Shown here: piece by piece, positions 15,768-22,799 of the stretch
Position numbering within the stretch: the stretch's first letter is position 1
Layout: the number at the start of each line of letters is the position of its first letter
From: Dehalococcoidia bacterium
GTDB lineage: Bacteria > Chloroflexota > Dehalococcoidia > Bin125
Length of the DNA: 64,000 nucleotides
NCBI GenBank assembly: GCA_965263065.1
Contig: CBDHGH010000003.1
Coordinates: 1,727,153 to 1,791,152, forward strand
Direction of reading: 5' to 3'
Notes under the pieces: model-generated
What the model saw: only the letters and a program-made list of their open reading frames with translations
Told to the model about the DNA's origin: nothing
Database searches by the model: none
Translations under genes and position numbers: made by a program

Positions 15768-16127
15768 ATGACGACGCCACAGATCGAGACCTCCCGCGAT
15801 TCGGCCGCCGACCTGCTGGAGCAGGCGCGGACCGAGCTCGCCGGCGGCGGCGTGCGCCAGGCGTCGGAGAAGGGCTGGGGGGCGGCGGCGCAGTCGGTCA
15901 AGGCCATCGCGGAGGCCCGCGACTGGGAGCATCGCAACCATGCGGCCCTGTTCCGGGCCGCCTCTCAACTCGCGGCGGAAGCCGGCGATGACGATATCCA
16001 TCGCTGGTTTCACACTGCCAGCAGCCTGCACGTCAACTTCTACGAGGATTGGCTGGACGCTGCCGCCGTGCGGGTGGGTCTGCAGGACGTCGAGCGGCTG
16101 GTGCGTCGCCTGTCGCTGATTGCGTGA
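15768..16127 (+). CDS. PaREP1-like (HEPN-superfamily-like) protein, paralog 1
   Basis: 119 aa. QASEKGWGAAAQSVKAIAEARDWEHRNHAALF...ASSLHVNFYED. Two paralogs at 31709 and 43494. Confidence 0.6.
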   Translation: MTTPQIETSRDSAADLLEQARTELAGGGVRQASEKGWGAAAQSVKAIAEARDWEHRNHAALFRAASQLAAEAGDDDIHRWFHTASSLHVNFYEDWLDAAAVRVGLQDVERLVRRLSLIA

Positions 16128-16294
16128 TGAGCGACACCGTCAACCGCTTCCCGCCCGGCTGGGACGAAGCGCGGGTGCGCGACCTCATCGAGCACTACGA
16201 GTCGCAGACGGAGGACGAGGCGGTGGCGGAGGACGAGGCGGCGTTCGAGGACACGTCGCAGACGGTGATGCTGATCCCCAATGAGCTGGTTCCC
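16127..16294 (+). repeat. 168-nt direct repeat, copy 2
   Basis: See copy 1. After 16294 the sequence rejoins copy-1 sequence about 150 nt further on, which indicates an internal deletion. Confidence 0.85.
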
Positions 16295-16378
16295 GGCGAT
16301 GGGGGCGCTCCAGACGCCGCCCCCTACGCCGGGCTCCAGAGGAAGCCGCAGCCGCCCAGCCGGCCGTCGCAGCGATAG
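16127..16378 (+). CDS. acidic antitoxin-like protein (copy 2, C-terminus replaced)
   Basis: TGATG overlap with the PaREP1-like stop. The first 56 aa are near-identical to copy 1. The tail GDGGAPDAAPYAGLQRKPQPPSRPSQR looks non-native and overlaps a minus-strand ORF. Confidence 0.4.
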   Translation: MSDTVNRFPPGWDEARVRDLIEHYESQTEDEAVAEDEAAFEDTSQTVMLIPNELVPGDGGAPDAAPYAGLQRKPQPPSRPSQR

Positions 16379-16485
16379 ACCGCGTTGAACGACCCGTAGT
16401 CCGGCCGGTCGAGCAGCAGCCCGCTCTGCAGGTTGCAGCGCGGGCAGACCGGCGTTGCGGTCATCGAGGGGTGCGTGGTGGTCAT
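16324..16485 (-). CDS. 53-aa zinc-ribbon microprotein downstream of terL
   Basis: Manual translation: MTTTHPSMTATPVCPRCNLQSGLLLDRPDYGSFNAVYRCDGRLGGCGFLWSPA. CPRC...C-x5-C pattern. GGAG sits 8 nt upstream. High GC3. Confidence 0.45.
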   Translation of the reverse strand: MTTTHPSMTATPVCPRCNLQSGLLLDRPDYGSFNAVYRCDGRLGGCGFLWSPA

Positions 16486-16541
16486 GTGGTGGCTCCGTTC
16501 TCAGCAGCAAGGGCCCGATATCGCGGGCGCGGCATCGTGGG

Positions 16542-17984
16542 CTAGTAGATCCCCGGGCTGCGCGCGCCGTCTTCGTAGGCGGCCCAGGCCAGGGCCAGCG
16601 AGTCGGCGAGGTCGGGGCTGACGCCGCGGCCGCCCCCCGCGTCGCCGTCGCGCGCGCGTTTCCGCACCCGGCGGCGACCGTCGCTGCCCAGCGAGTAGCG
16701 CACGCCGGCGAGCTGGCCCGCCAGTGCGTCGAACGTGGGCAGGCCGGGCGCGATGCGCAGATCTCCCTGCTCGATCGCGATCGCCAGGCGGCTGTACATC
16801 TCGGCGGCGCGGTTCACGTAGTGCGCCGCGTCCTCGGCGGTGGCGCCGAAGTTCACCGCCAGCGGCGCGATGGCCTGCTCGCACAGCCGGTCCGTGACGC
16901 CGCCGCCCAGGCCCGTGTCGTCGACCGCGACGGCCATGCCCGGCCGCGCCCGCAGCGCCTCGACGACCCTGCCGGCGGTCTCCATCAGCGACAGCCCGCG
17001 CCGCTCTTCCTGGCGCACCAGGCGCCCGTCCTCGATCCAGCTGAAGGCCGTGGCGTCGTCGCCGAAGCGCGCCACGTCGACGCCCAGCGCCGCCCGCGCC
17101 GGCGACGCCGGCGCGGCGGCGGCGGGCGCGATGTCCGCGGCCGCGGCGGCGTCGAGCGCGCTGCGCGAGAACAGGCTGTCGGCCGCTTGGCGCGGGAACT
17201 CCGCCAGCACCCGCGACCGATAGAGGTTGCTGCCCTCGCCCCACAGCGCCCGGCGCTGGCGCACCCACTCGGGCGAGACCAGGTAGTCGCGCTGCGGCTG
17301 GCCGGGCTGGAAGTTGGGCGTGTCGAAGGCCGAGATGCGGAAGCTGCGATAGGCCTCCGCCTGGCTGTGGAAGGCGTCGAAGAAGGGGCCGTCGGGCTTG
17401 GTCGGGTTGCCGATCATGAGCAGTCGCGTGCGGCCCGACGCCAGCACACCCTCGATGCCCGCGAAGACGTTGGGCGGCACCGCGCCCGGCTCGTCGACGA
17501 CGACCAGCACGTGCGGCGCGTGGAAGCCCTGGAAGCGCTCGGCGTTGTCGGTGCTCAGGCCCAGGCCGTACCAGCGCCCGCCCAGGCGCAATTCGGTGTC
17601 GAGCAGCGACCCGCCCAGCGGGTGCCGCGCCCCCGCGACCAGCCCCTGAATCGAGCGCCAGAGGACGTAGCGGACCTGCCGGAACGTCGGCGCCGTGGTC
17701 AGCACGACGGCGCCCGGGCGGGTGTAGAGGAACCAGCACACGCAGACGGCCGCGACCATCGTCTTGCCCGCCGCGTGGCACGACCGCACGGCGACGCGGG
17801 CGTGGTCGCGCACCGCCCGCGCGATCTCGCGCTGCTGCGCCCACAGGTCGACGTCCAGCACCTCGCGGGCGAAGAGCGCCGGGTCGCGGCCCCAGCGCCG
17901 CGCGTGGGCCTGCATCGCCGCGTCCAGGCCCGGCGGCGCCGGCGGGGCGCTACGCCTCGGTCGGGGACGCGTCGTCACGGTCAT
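16542..17984 (-). CDS. phage terminase large subunit
   Basis: 480 aa. Walker A-like SCHAAGKT and Walker B-like HVLVVVDEPG. Nuclease-domain-length C-terminus. Confidence 0.85.
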   Translation of the reverse strand: MTVTTRPRPRRSAPPAPPGLDAAMQAHARRWGRDPALFAREVLDVDLWAQQREIARAVRDHARVAVRSCHAAGKTMVAAVCVCWFLYTRPGAVVLTTAPTFRQVRYVLWRSIQGLVAGARHPLGGSLLDTELRLGGRWYGLGLSTDNAERFQGFHAPHVLVVVDEPGAVPPNVFAGIEGVLASGRTRLLMIGNPTKPDGPFFDAFHSQAEAYRSFRISAFDTPNFQPGQPQRDYLVSPEWVRQRRALWGEGSNLYRSRVLAEFPRQAADSLFSRSALDAAAAADIAPAAAAPASPARAALGVDVARFGDDATAFSWIEDGRLVRQEERRGLSLMETAGRVVEALRARPGMAVAVDDTGLGGGVTDRLCEQAIAPLAVNFGATAEDAAHYVNRAAEMYSRLAIAIEQGDLRIAPGLPTFDALAGQLAGVRYSLGSDGRRRVRKRARDGDAGGGRGVSPDLADSLALAWAAYEDGARSPGIY

Positions 17985-18504
17985 CCGCCCAGCCCTCGCC
18001 GTCGCCGTCGCCGTCCGCGTTGGGCTCCGCCGGGCCCGCCTCCGTCTCCGCCTCGACCAGCGCCTCCGGCTCGTCCAGGTAGTCCGTGCCCAGCTCGGCG
18101 AAGATGTCGCGCACCGTCAGCTGCCCCTGCTCGACGTCCTTCTCGTCGGCGTTGCGCAGCGATTCCCCCGTGCGGATGGTCTCCAGCAGCGCCCGCGCCG
18201 CCGCCGGCACGGACTTGTCGTCGCCCTCCTCCATCCGCCGCTCGATCACCTTCCACAGCGACGCTTGGGTCTGCGCACAGAGGTCGAAGGTGCGCGCCCG
18301 CTCTCTCGCCCGCTCCCGGCGGAACTGGTCCGTCTGCAGCGCCCGCACCCGCTCCAGGTCGTCCTTCACGCCCCGCCGCGAGCGACCCATGGACTCCGCG
18401 ATCTCGTCCACCGTGTATCCGCGCCGCGCGCGCTCCTCGACCAGCGTCAGCCGCTCCTTGAGTTTTCCCGTCCAGTCTCGTTGTAGAACATGTGTTCGTG
18501 TCAT
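17950..18504 (-). CDS. terminase small subunit-like HTH protein
   Basis: 184 aa from ATG 18504. TLVEERARRGYTVDEIAESMGRSRRGVKDDLER HTH and an acidic C-terminus. Overlaps the terL start by 35 nt. Confidence 0.5.
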   Translation of the reverse strand: MTRTHVLQRDWTGKLKERLTLVEERARRGYTVDEIAESMGRSRRGVKDDLERVRALQTDQFRRERARERARTFDLCAQTQASLWKVIERRMEEGDDKSVPAAARALLETIRTGESLRNADEKDVEQGQLTVRDIFAELGTDYLDEPEALVEAETEAGPAEPNADGDGDGEGWADDRDDASPTEA

Positions 18505-18511
18505 GCAGCGG

Positions 18512-18541
18512 ATCGTAGCACGCGATTCGCGTATCTGTGAA
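18512..18541 (-). promoter_or_regulatory. promoter-like TTCACA-N18-TACGAT, 7 nt upstream of the terS ATG (possible leaderless mRNA)
   Basis: The minus strand reads TTCACAGATACGCGAATCGCGTGCTACGATCCGCTGC-ATG and contains the palindrome ACGCGAATCGCGT. Confidence 0.3.
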
Positions 18542-18616
18542 GTGCGATCAGGCACCCACACGCGACGGGAGGCCGCCCCATGGCAGCCCCCGACACACTC
18601 GACGGGGTGGGGGAGG

Positions 18617-19252
18617 CTACGCGCCTTGCAGCAGCGCCACCATCTCGTCGACCGACGCGTGGCGCCAGTCGTCCCATTCGTCCGAGGTCTGCAGGTTCTT
18701 GTAGCGCTGGCGCAGGCGGGCGCGCATCTCGTCCTCGCTCTCGCCCTCCTGGCGCGTGAACTCCTTGCCGATCGCCGAGATCGTCTCCTCGGCCAGGCGC
18801 GGCCGCTCGATCCAACGCGCGACCTCCTCGAAGCCGTCCGCCGTGTAGAACACGACCACCGGGATCGACTCGAACTGCTGGCCGTCCTTGACGTTCGGGA
18901 ACTCGGCCATCATGTCCTGGTGGTCGTCGCGCTGGAAGATGCGCAGCTCCCAGCCCGCCGCCGCGCACATCGCCGCGACGACCGGCAACCCGCGATAGAC
19001 GTCCGGGCACCAGTCCTCGCCCAGGACCATGACCTTGTGGGCCGGCAGCGCCCGCAGCGCCGCCGCCTGCTCGGGCTTCAGCGCGTACTGCTCGATGTTG
19101 CGCGTGAAGCGCGCGGAGTTGTCCGAGCGTGCGCCGCCGTAGGGGCCGGGCCGGCCCAGGTTCTCCTCGGAACCGATGTAGGACAGGTAGGTGTCCCAGT
19201 CGTGCCCCTGCGCGAAGCGCTCCATCGTGACGACGCTGCTGGTGGTGGTCAT
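18617..19252 (-). CDS. thioredoxin-fold family protein
   Basis: 211 aa from ATG 19252 with an AGGAGA RBS. VMVLGEDWCPDVYRGLPVV single-Cys thioredoxin-like motif. Confidence 0.6.
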   Translation of the reverse strand: MTTTSSVVTMERFAQGHDWDTYLSYIGSEENLGRPGPYGGARSDNSARFTRNIEQYALKPEQAAALRALPAHKVMVLGEDWCPDVYRGLPVVAAMCAAAGWELRIFQRDDHQDMMAEFPNVKDGQQFESIPVVVFYTADGFEEVARWIERPRLAEETISAIGKEFTRQEGESEDEMRARLRQRYKNLQTSDEWDDWRHASVDEMVALLQGA

Positions 19253-19370
19253 GGCGTTCTCCTGCCGTTTGGACTCGCGCGCCCGGCGGGCGCGCCCGTG
19301 GTGTGCCCCGATGCTAGCAAACGTGGGCGCGTCGGGGCGGCTACCATGTGCGCGAAGGGAGCACCCGACC

Positions 19371-19625
19371 ATGCGAGCCCCACGGATCACCCCATCCGAC
19401 ACGCTCAGCGCCGTGCGGCGCTGGCTCGCCGGCGGCATGACGGAGCCGGAGGCCGACGCGCTCGTCGATGTGATCGGCGGGCTCTCGACCAAGGAAGACA
19501 TCCGGCCGCTCGCCACGCGCGAGGATCTCTACCGGGCGCTCATGATCCAGGCCGGCGTGTTCGCCGCGATCGTCGCCGCCGCCGCCGCCGTCGCCATCGT
19601 CGTCGTGCTGCTGCCCCGCCTCTGA
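19371..19625 (+). CDS. small tail-anchored membrane protein (DUF1640-like?), tandem copy 1
   Basis: 84 aa. C-terminal TM IQAGVFAAIVAAAAAVAIVVVLL. Preceded by the repeated CGGCTACCATGTGCGC-AAGGGAGCA leader. Confidence 0.5.
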   Translation: MRAPRITPSDTLSAVRRWLAGGMTEPEADALVDVIGGLSTKEDIRPLATREDLYRALMIQAGVFAAIVAAAAAVAIVVVLLPRL

Positions 19626-19687
19626 CGGACGCAGCGCCCCCGCGACCACTCCCGGGCGGCTACCATGTGCGCCAAGGGAGCAGCAGC

Positions 19688-19888
19688 ATGCGGGCGCCAC
19701 GCTTCACCCCGTTCGACACACGCTGCGCCTGGCAGCGCTTGCTCGCGGGCGGCATGACGGCGCCGGAGGCCGGTGCGCTCGTGACCAGGGAGATCCTGCG
19801 CGCTGAGCTCTACCGGGCGCTCTTGATCCAGGCCGGCGTGTTCACCGCCATTGTCGCCGTCATCGTCGCGCTGCTGACCCGCCTGTAA
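19688..19888 (+). CDS. small tail-anchored membrane protein, tandem copy 2
   Basis: 66 aa. Same leader and the same LYRAL-IQAGVF TM end as copy 1, but lacks an internal segment of about 54 nt. Confidence 0.5.
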   Translation: MRAPRFTPFDTRCAWQRLLAGGMTAPEAGALVTREILRAELYRALLIQAGVFTAIVAVIVALLTRL

Positions 19889-19898
19889 CGCCCCGCGA

Positions 19899-20144
19899 CT
19901 ACTCCTGCGGCGGGTGCTCCTGGTGACAGGGGCAGGCGCATTCGTCCAGCGAGTAGCGCAGCACATCCGTGTACGTCAGCTCGGCCAAGCGCTCCGCCAG
20001 CCCGTCGGGCAGCGGACTGGGGCCCTCGCCACCGGCGCTGCGCACCGCCTGAAACGCGTAGCTGGCCATCGCCGCGGCGCGGTCGACCATCTCCGCGATG
20101 TCGCTGCGGATCACACCCTCTTCGCCCGCATGCCGTTCGTCCAT
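19899..20144 (-). CDS. hypothetical small protein with C-terminal CxCxCH motif
   Basis: 81 aa from ATG 20144 (an alternative ATG is at 20180). Ends ...YSLDECACPCHQEHPPQE. Confidence 0.35.
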   Translation of the reverse strand: MDERHAGEEGVIRSDIAEMVDRAAAMASYAFQAVRSAGGEGPSPLPDGLAERLAELTYTDVLRYSLDECACPCHQEHPPQE

Positions 20145-20310
20145 CAAAGTTCCGTCCGCTGTTCCTGCCGTCCGAGCCATCGTGCGTGGTTCGCGGCGCG
20201 CTGCGCCGGCACGCCCCGATGATACTCGGTGTGCGGCCCTGCGGCGTCCCGTCTCACCGCCCGAGCGCGCTTGCGGTAACATCCCCGTGCGAAGGAGCGA
20301 GGTTCCGGCC

Positions 20311-21216
20311 ATGGCGCACGTAGAACTCGGAGCAGAGATCCCCGCCGTGCGTTGGGATTACGGCGTCCGGGAACTGCGCGACGTCGCGCAGGCCGCCGAG
20401 GCCATCGGCTACGATTTCCTCTTCCTCGGCGACCACGTGGTCTTCGCCTATACGCTGCCCCACCGGCCGAGCCTCTCGAAGGCCGGCTTCGAGGGGGCCA
20501 TCCCCCAGCACGAGGCGCTCACCCTGCTCGCCGCCGTCGCCGGCTGGACCAGCCGCGTCCGCTTGCAGACCGCCGTCCTCGTCCTGCCCCAGCGCGACCC
20601 CATGCTCGTCGCCAAGCAGGCCGCCCAGCTCGACATCCTCAGCGGCGGACGGCTGCGGCTCGGCGTCGGGCTGGGCTGGTCGGACTCCGAGTACGCGGCG
20701 CTGGGCGCCTCCTTCGCCAACCGGGCCGCCCGCTTCGAGGAGGCGATCGCGCTGCTGCGCACCTGCTGGCGCGACGAGCCGATCGACTTCGCCGGCGACC
20801 ACTACCGCGTCGAGCAGATGAGCATGCTGCCGAAGCCCGTCACGCCCGGCGGTCCGCCCATCCTGATCGGGGCGAAGGCGCCGGCGGCGCTCGATCGGGT
20901 CGCGCGCCTCGGCGATGGCTGGTCCGCCCATGCGAGCATCACCCCGGAGCGCGCGGCGCCCGCCGCCCAGGCGATGCGCGACCGCGTCCGCGCCGCCGGG
21001 CGCGACCCCGCCGCCTTCGCCATGCAACTCACCACGTCGCTCGGTCCCGCCCCCGCCCCCATCGCCGCGGCCCTGTGCGCCTACCGCGCCGCCGGCTTCG
21101 ACCGCCTGGGCGTGCACCTGCCCGGCGCCGACGCCGTCACCCCCGACGACTACATCCGTCGCCTGGAGATGGTCCAGCGCGATGTCTGGCCTCAGGTGCT
21201 GGCGGCGGCGAAGTAG
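20311..21216 (+). CDS. LLM-class (luciferase-like) F420-dependent oxidoreductase
   Basis: 301 aa with a GAAGGAG RBS. ...FLFLGDHVVF...LQTAVLVLPQRDPMLVAKQAAQLDILSGGRLRLGVGLGW is typical of the LLM family. Confidence 0.75.
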   Translation: MAHVELGAEIPAVRWDYGVRELRDVAQAAEAIGYDFLFLGDHVVFAYTLPHRPSLSKAGFEGAIPQHEALTLLAAVAGWTSRVRLQTAVLVLPQRDPMLVAKQAAQLDILSGGRLRLGVGLGWSDSEYAALGASFANRAARFEEAIALLRTCWRDEPIDFAGDHYRVEQMSMLPKPVTPGGPPILIGAKAPAALDRVARLGDGWSAHASITPERAAPAAQAMRDRVRAAGRDPAAFAMQLTTSLGPAPAPIAAALCAYRAAGFDRLGVHLPGADAVTPDDYIRRLEMVQRDVWPQVLAAAK

Positions 21217-21437
21217 CTCTCGACCATCTCGCGGGGCGTCTTGAAGTAGCGGGCGTGCGTGCGCTCGATGTCGGCGCGGCAGTCGGCGCTCAGCAGCACG
21301 ACCTCGACGTGGTCGGGCTTGGCGAACTCCTGGGCGTCGCAGTCGGCGATCGCCTGGGCCTCCTCCTCGTCGCTGTACTCACGGATCGAAAGCAACTGCC
21401 CGGCGGGGCGGTCGTAGTGGATGAGGAAGTGCTTCAC
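21192..21437 (-). CDS. hypothetical small protein
   Basis: 81 aa from GTG 21437 with a GAAGGAG RBS 7 nt upstream. KHFLIHYDRPAGQLLSIREYSDEEEAQAIADCDAQEF. Confidence 0.45.
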   Translation of the reverse strand: MKHFLIHYDRPAGQLLSIREYSDEEEAQAIADCDAQEFAKPDHVEVVLLSADCRADIERTHARYFKTPREMVESYFAAAST

Positions 21438-21597
21438 TCTGAACGCTCCTTCGATGGCTCCAGCGCCTCGATGATCGCTTGGACGATGGTCCGGTAGCGA
21501 TCCGTTGCCGACCGTGTTCACCAGAGCGTATCGCGACGCACGATGCGATGTCTGTTCGGTTGACAAGCAGAACGGATGTTCTCTAGCCTCCCGACCG

Positions 21598-21786
21598 ATG
21601 ACGCCCTGCGACTTCTGCCCCCAACCCGCCGAGCGACGCCTGTGGGCCCGCCGCTGGCCCGTCCTCGACGGACGGCGGCGCCGCGACGACGTCCGGGACG
21701 TGCGCCTCGCCCTCTGCGGCGACCACTTGCGCCAGCGCATCTCCGGCGGCGCGCTGCTGATCAAGCAGGGCTGGGCCTATGACTAG
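21598..21786 (+). CDS. hypothetical Cys-rich small protein
   Basis: 62 aa: MTPCDFCPQPAERRLW...LALCGDHLRQR. A TTGACA and the AGAACGGATGTTCT inverted repeat (21568-21581) lie upstream. Confidence 0.3.
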   Translation: MTPCDFCPQPAERRLWARRWPVLDGRRRRDDVRDVRLALCGDHLRQRISGGALLIKQGWAYD

Positions 21787-21796
21787 CCGTGCGCCG

Positions 21797-22119
21797 TCAG
21801 GCGGCCCCGGTGGCTCTGGCCCGAACGGCATTGGCCCCCAGGGAGTTGGACAGCGCCTCGGCCCAGCGCGCGACATCGTCCCGCGCCGCCGCGTCGGCGG
21901 TCGGCGCGGCTGCGGGCTCGTCCTCGAAGATGGGGCCCAGCGTGCCGAGCGCGTCGTTGAAGTCGAACCAGTCGCTGAGGCAGGGAAGCGGCGCTCGGCG
22001 CCGCAGCGCCGGCACGACGCCGGATAGCCCCCCTCCGAGGGCAGCGACGCTACGAGCCAGTGGTGGATGCAGGCCGCAGCGGCGACGGCGGGCGGGGGCG
22101 GAACGATGGCATTGAGCAC
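21797..22119 (-). pseudogene. zinc-ribbon small protein, apparently frameshifted
   Basis: From GTG 22119 (GAGGTG RBS) one frame reads LNAIVPPPPAVAAAACIHHWLVASLPSEGGYPASCRRCGAERRFP. A neighbouring frame continues CLSDWFDFNDALGTLGPIFEDEPAAAP... to the stop at 21797. Confidence 0.3.
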
Positions 22120-22188
22120 GGGACACCTCAAGGGGTGGTCCACCGTGCGTCGATGGGATCCGGATGGGCGCGAGCGGTCGTGCGAGTC

Positions 22189-22217
22189 TTGCAGTTCGCG
22201 ATGCGCGGGTGTATGGT
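22189..22217 (+). promoter_or_regulatory. promoter-like TTGCAG-N17-TATGGT upstream of the second XRE gene
   Basis: Hexamers at 22189-22194 and 22212-22217, 65 nt before ATG 22283. Confidence 0.4.
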
Positions 22218-22282
22218 AACATTCGCAGGACAGGGGCGCAACGTCCCCCGGCCCGCCCCACGCAGCGAGGTGACAGCACACC

Positions 22283-22714
22283 ATGCCCGACTCCACCCCC
22301 CACTCCATGCCCGCCGACGGCGAGCCCGCAGCCCGGGCCGATGTCGGCGAGCGCCTGCGGCGCGTCCGGCTCGAGGCCGGACTAACCCAGGAGCAGCTGG
22401 CCGTCAAGGTGGGCCGCCGCAAGAACTGGCTCTCCGACATCGAGCGCGGCCGCCGCGGCATCGACGTCCACACCCTGCAGCGCGTCGCCGACCTGATGGG
22501 TCACAGCATTGAGTTCTTCACCAACCCCGGCTTCCGCCGCAAGCGCCGCGAGGAGATGCTGCGCCCCGTCACCCGCGAGGATTGGCGCCTCATCTACGCC
22601 GACGAGCCCGAGCGCGCCGCCGCCCACGCCTCGCTGGATGCGGCATTCCGTCGCGCGCAGCAGACCCTCGCCGGCGACGCCCCCGCCGACCCCGAGCCCA
22701 CCGAGCCCGGCTGA
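22283..22714 (+). CDS. XRE-family HTH transcriptional regulator
   Basis: VGERLRRVRLEAGLTQEQLAVKVGRRKNWLSDIERGRRGIDVHTLQRVADLMG. Confidence 0.7.
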   Translation: MPDSTPHSMPADGEPAARADVGERLRRVRLEAGLTQEQLAVKVGRRKNWLSDIERGRRGIDVHTLQRVADLMGHSIEFFTNPGFRRKRREEMLRPVTREDWRLIYADEPERAAAHASLDAAFRRAQQTLAGDAPADPEPTEPG

Positions 22715-22799
22715 GCGTCCGGCGGCGCCGCCCGCGCTGCGCCGCGCGCTGTCGCGCGCCGCGGCCCAGCTCGCCGCCGGCGCGACGCCCCCCATCTCC

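Larger units (their letters stand above)
1..18561 (-). mobile_element. Phage-derived head-tail-lysis cluster (HK97/siphovirus-like; cryptic prophage or GTA-like element), interrupted by a ~4.9 kb accessory island
   Basis: Co-directional minus-strand run terS-terL-portal-protease-capsid-connectors-major tail-G/GT-TMP-Dit-tail proteins-holin-like-amidase. No integrase or replication genes seen. The left end runs off the window. Confidence 0.7.

Noticed and set aside
16295-16378. C-terminal 28 aa of the second antitoxin-like gene considered as genuine coding sequence.
   Set aside because: The sequence follows a deletion junction. It is Pro/Gly/Arg-rich and unlike copy 1, and it overlaps the better-supported minus-strand zinc-ribbon ORF. 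It is kept only as part of the ORF call, with low confidence.
11325-16541. Direct repeats or att-like sites flanking the accessory island, and an integrase or transposase that could have inserted it.
   Set aside because: I found no convincing repeat shared by the two borders and no recombinase gene. The repeats seen (29-nt and 23-nt blocks, and the 168-nt gene duplication) are internal to the island.
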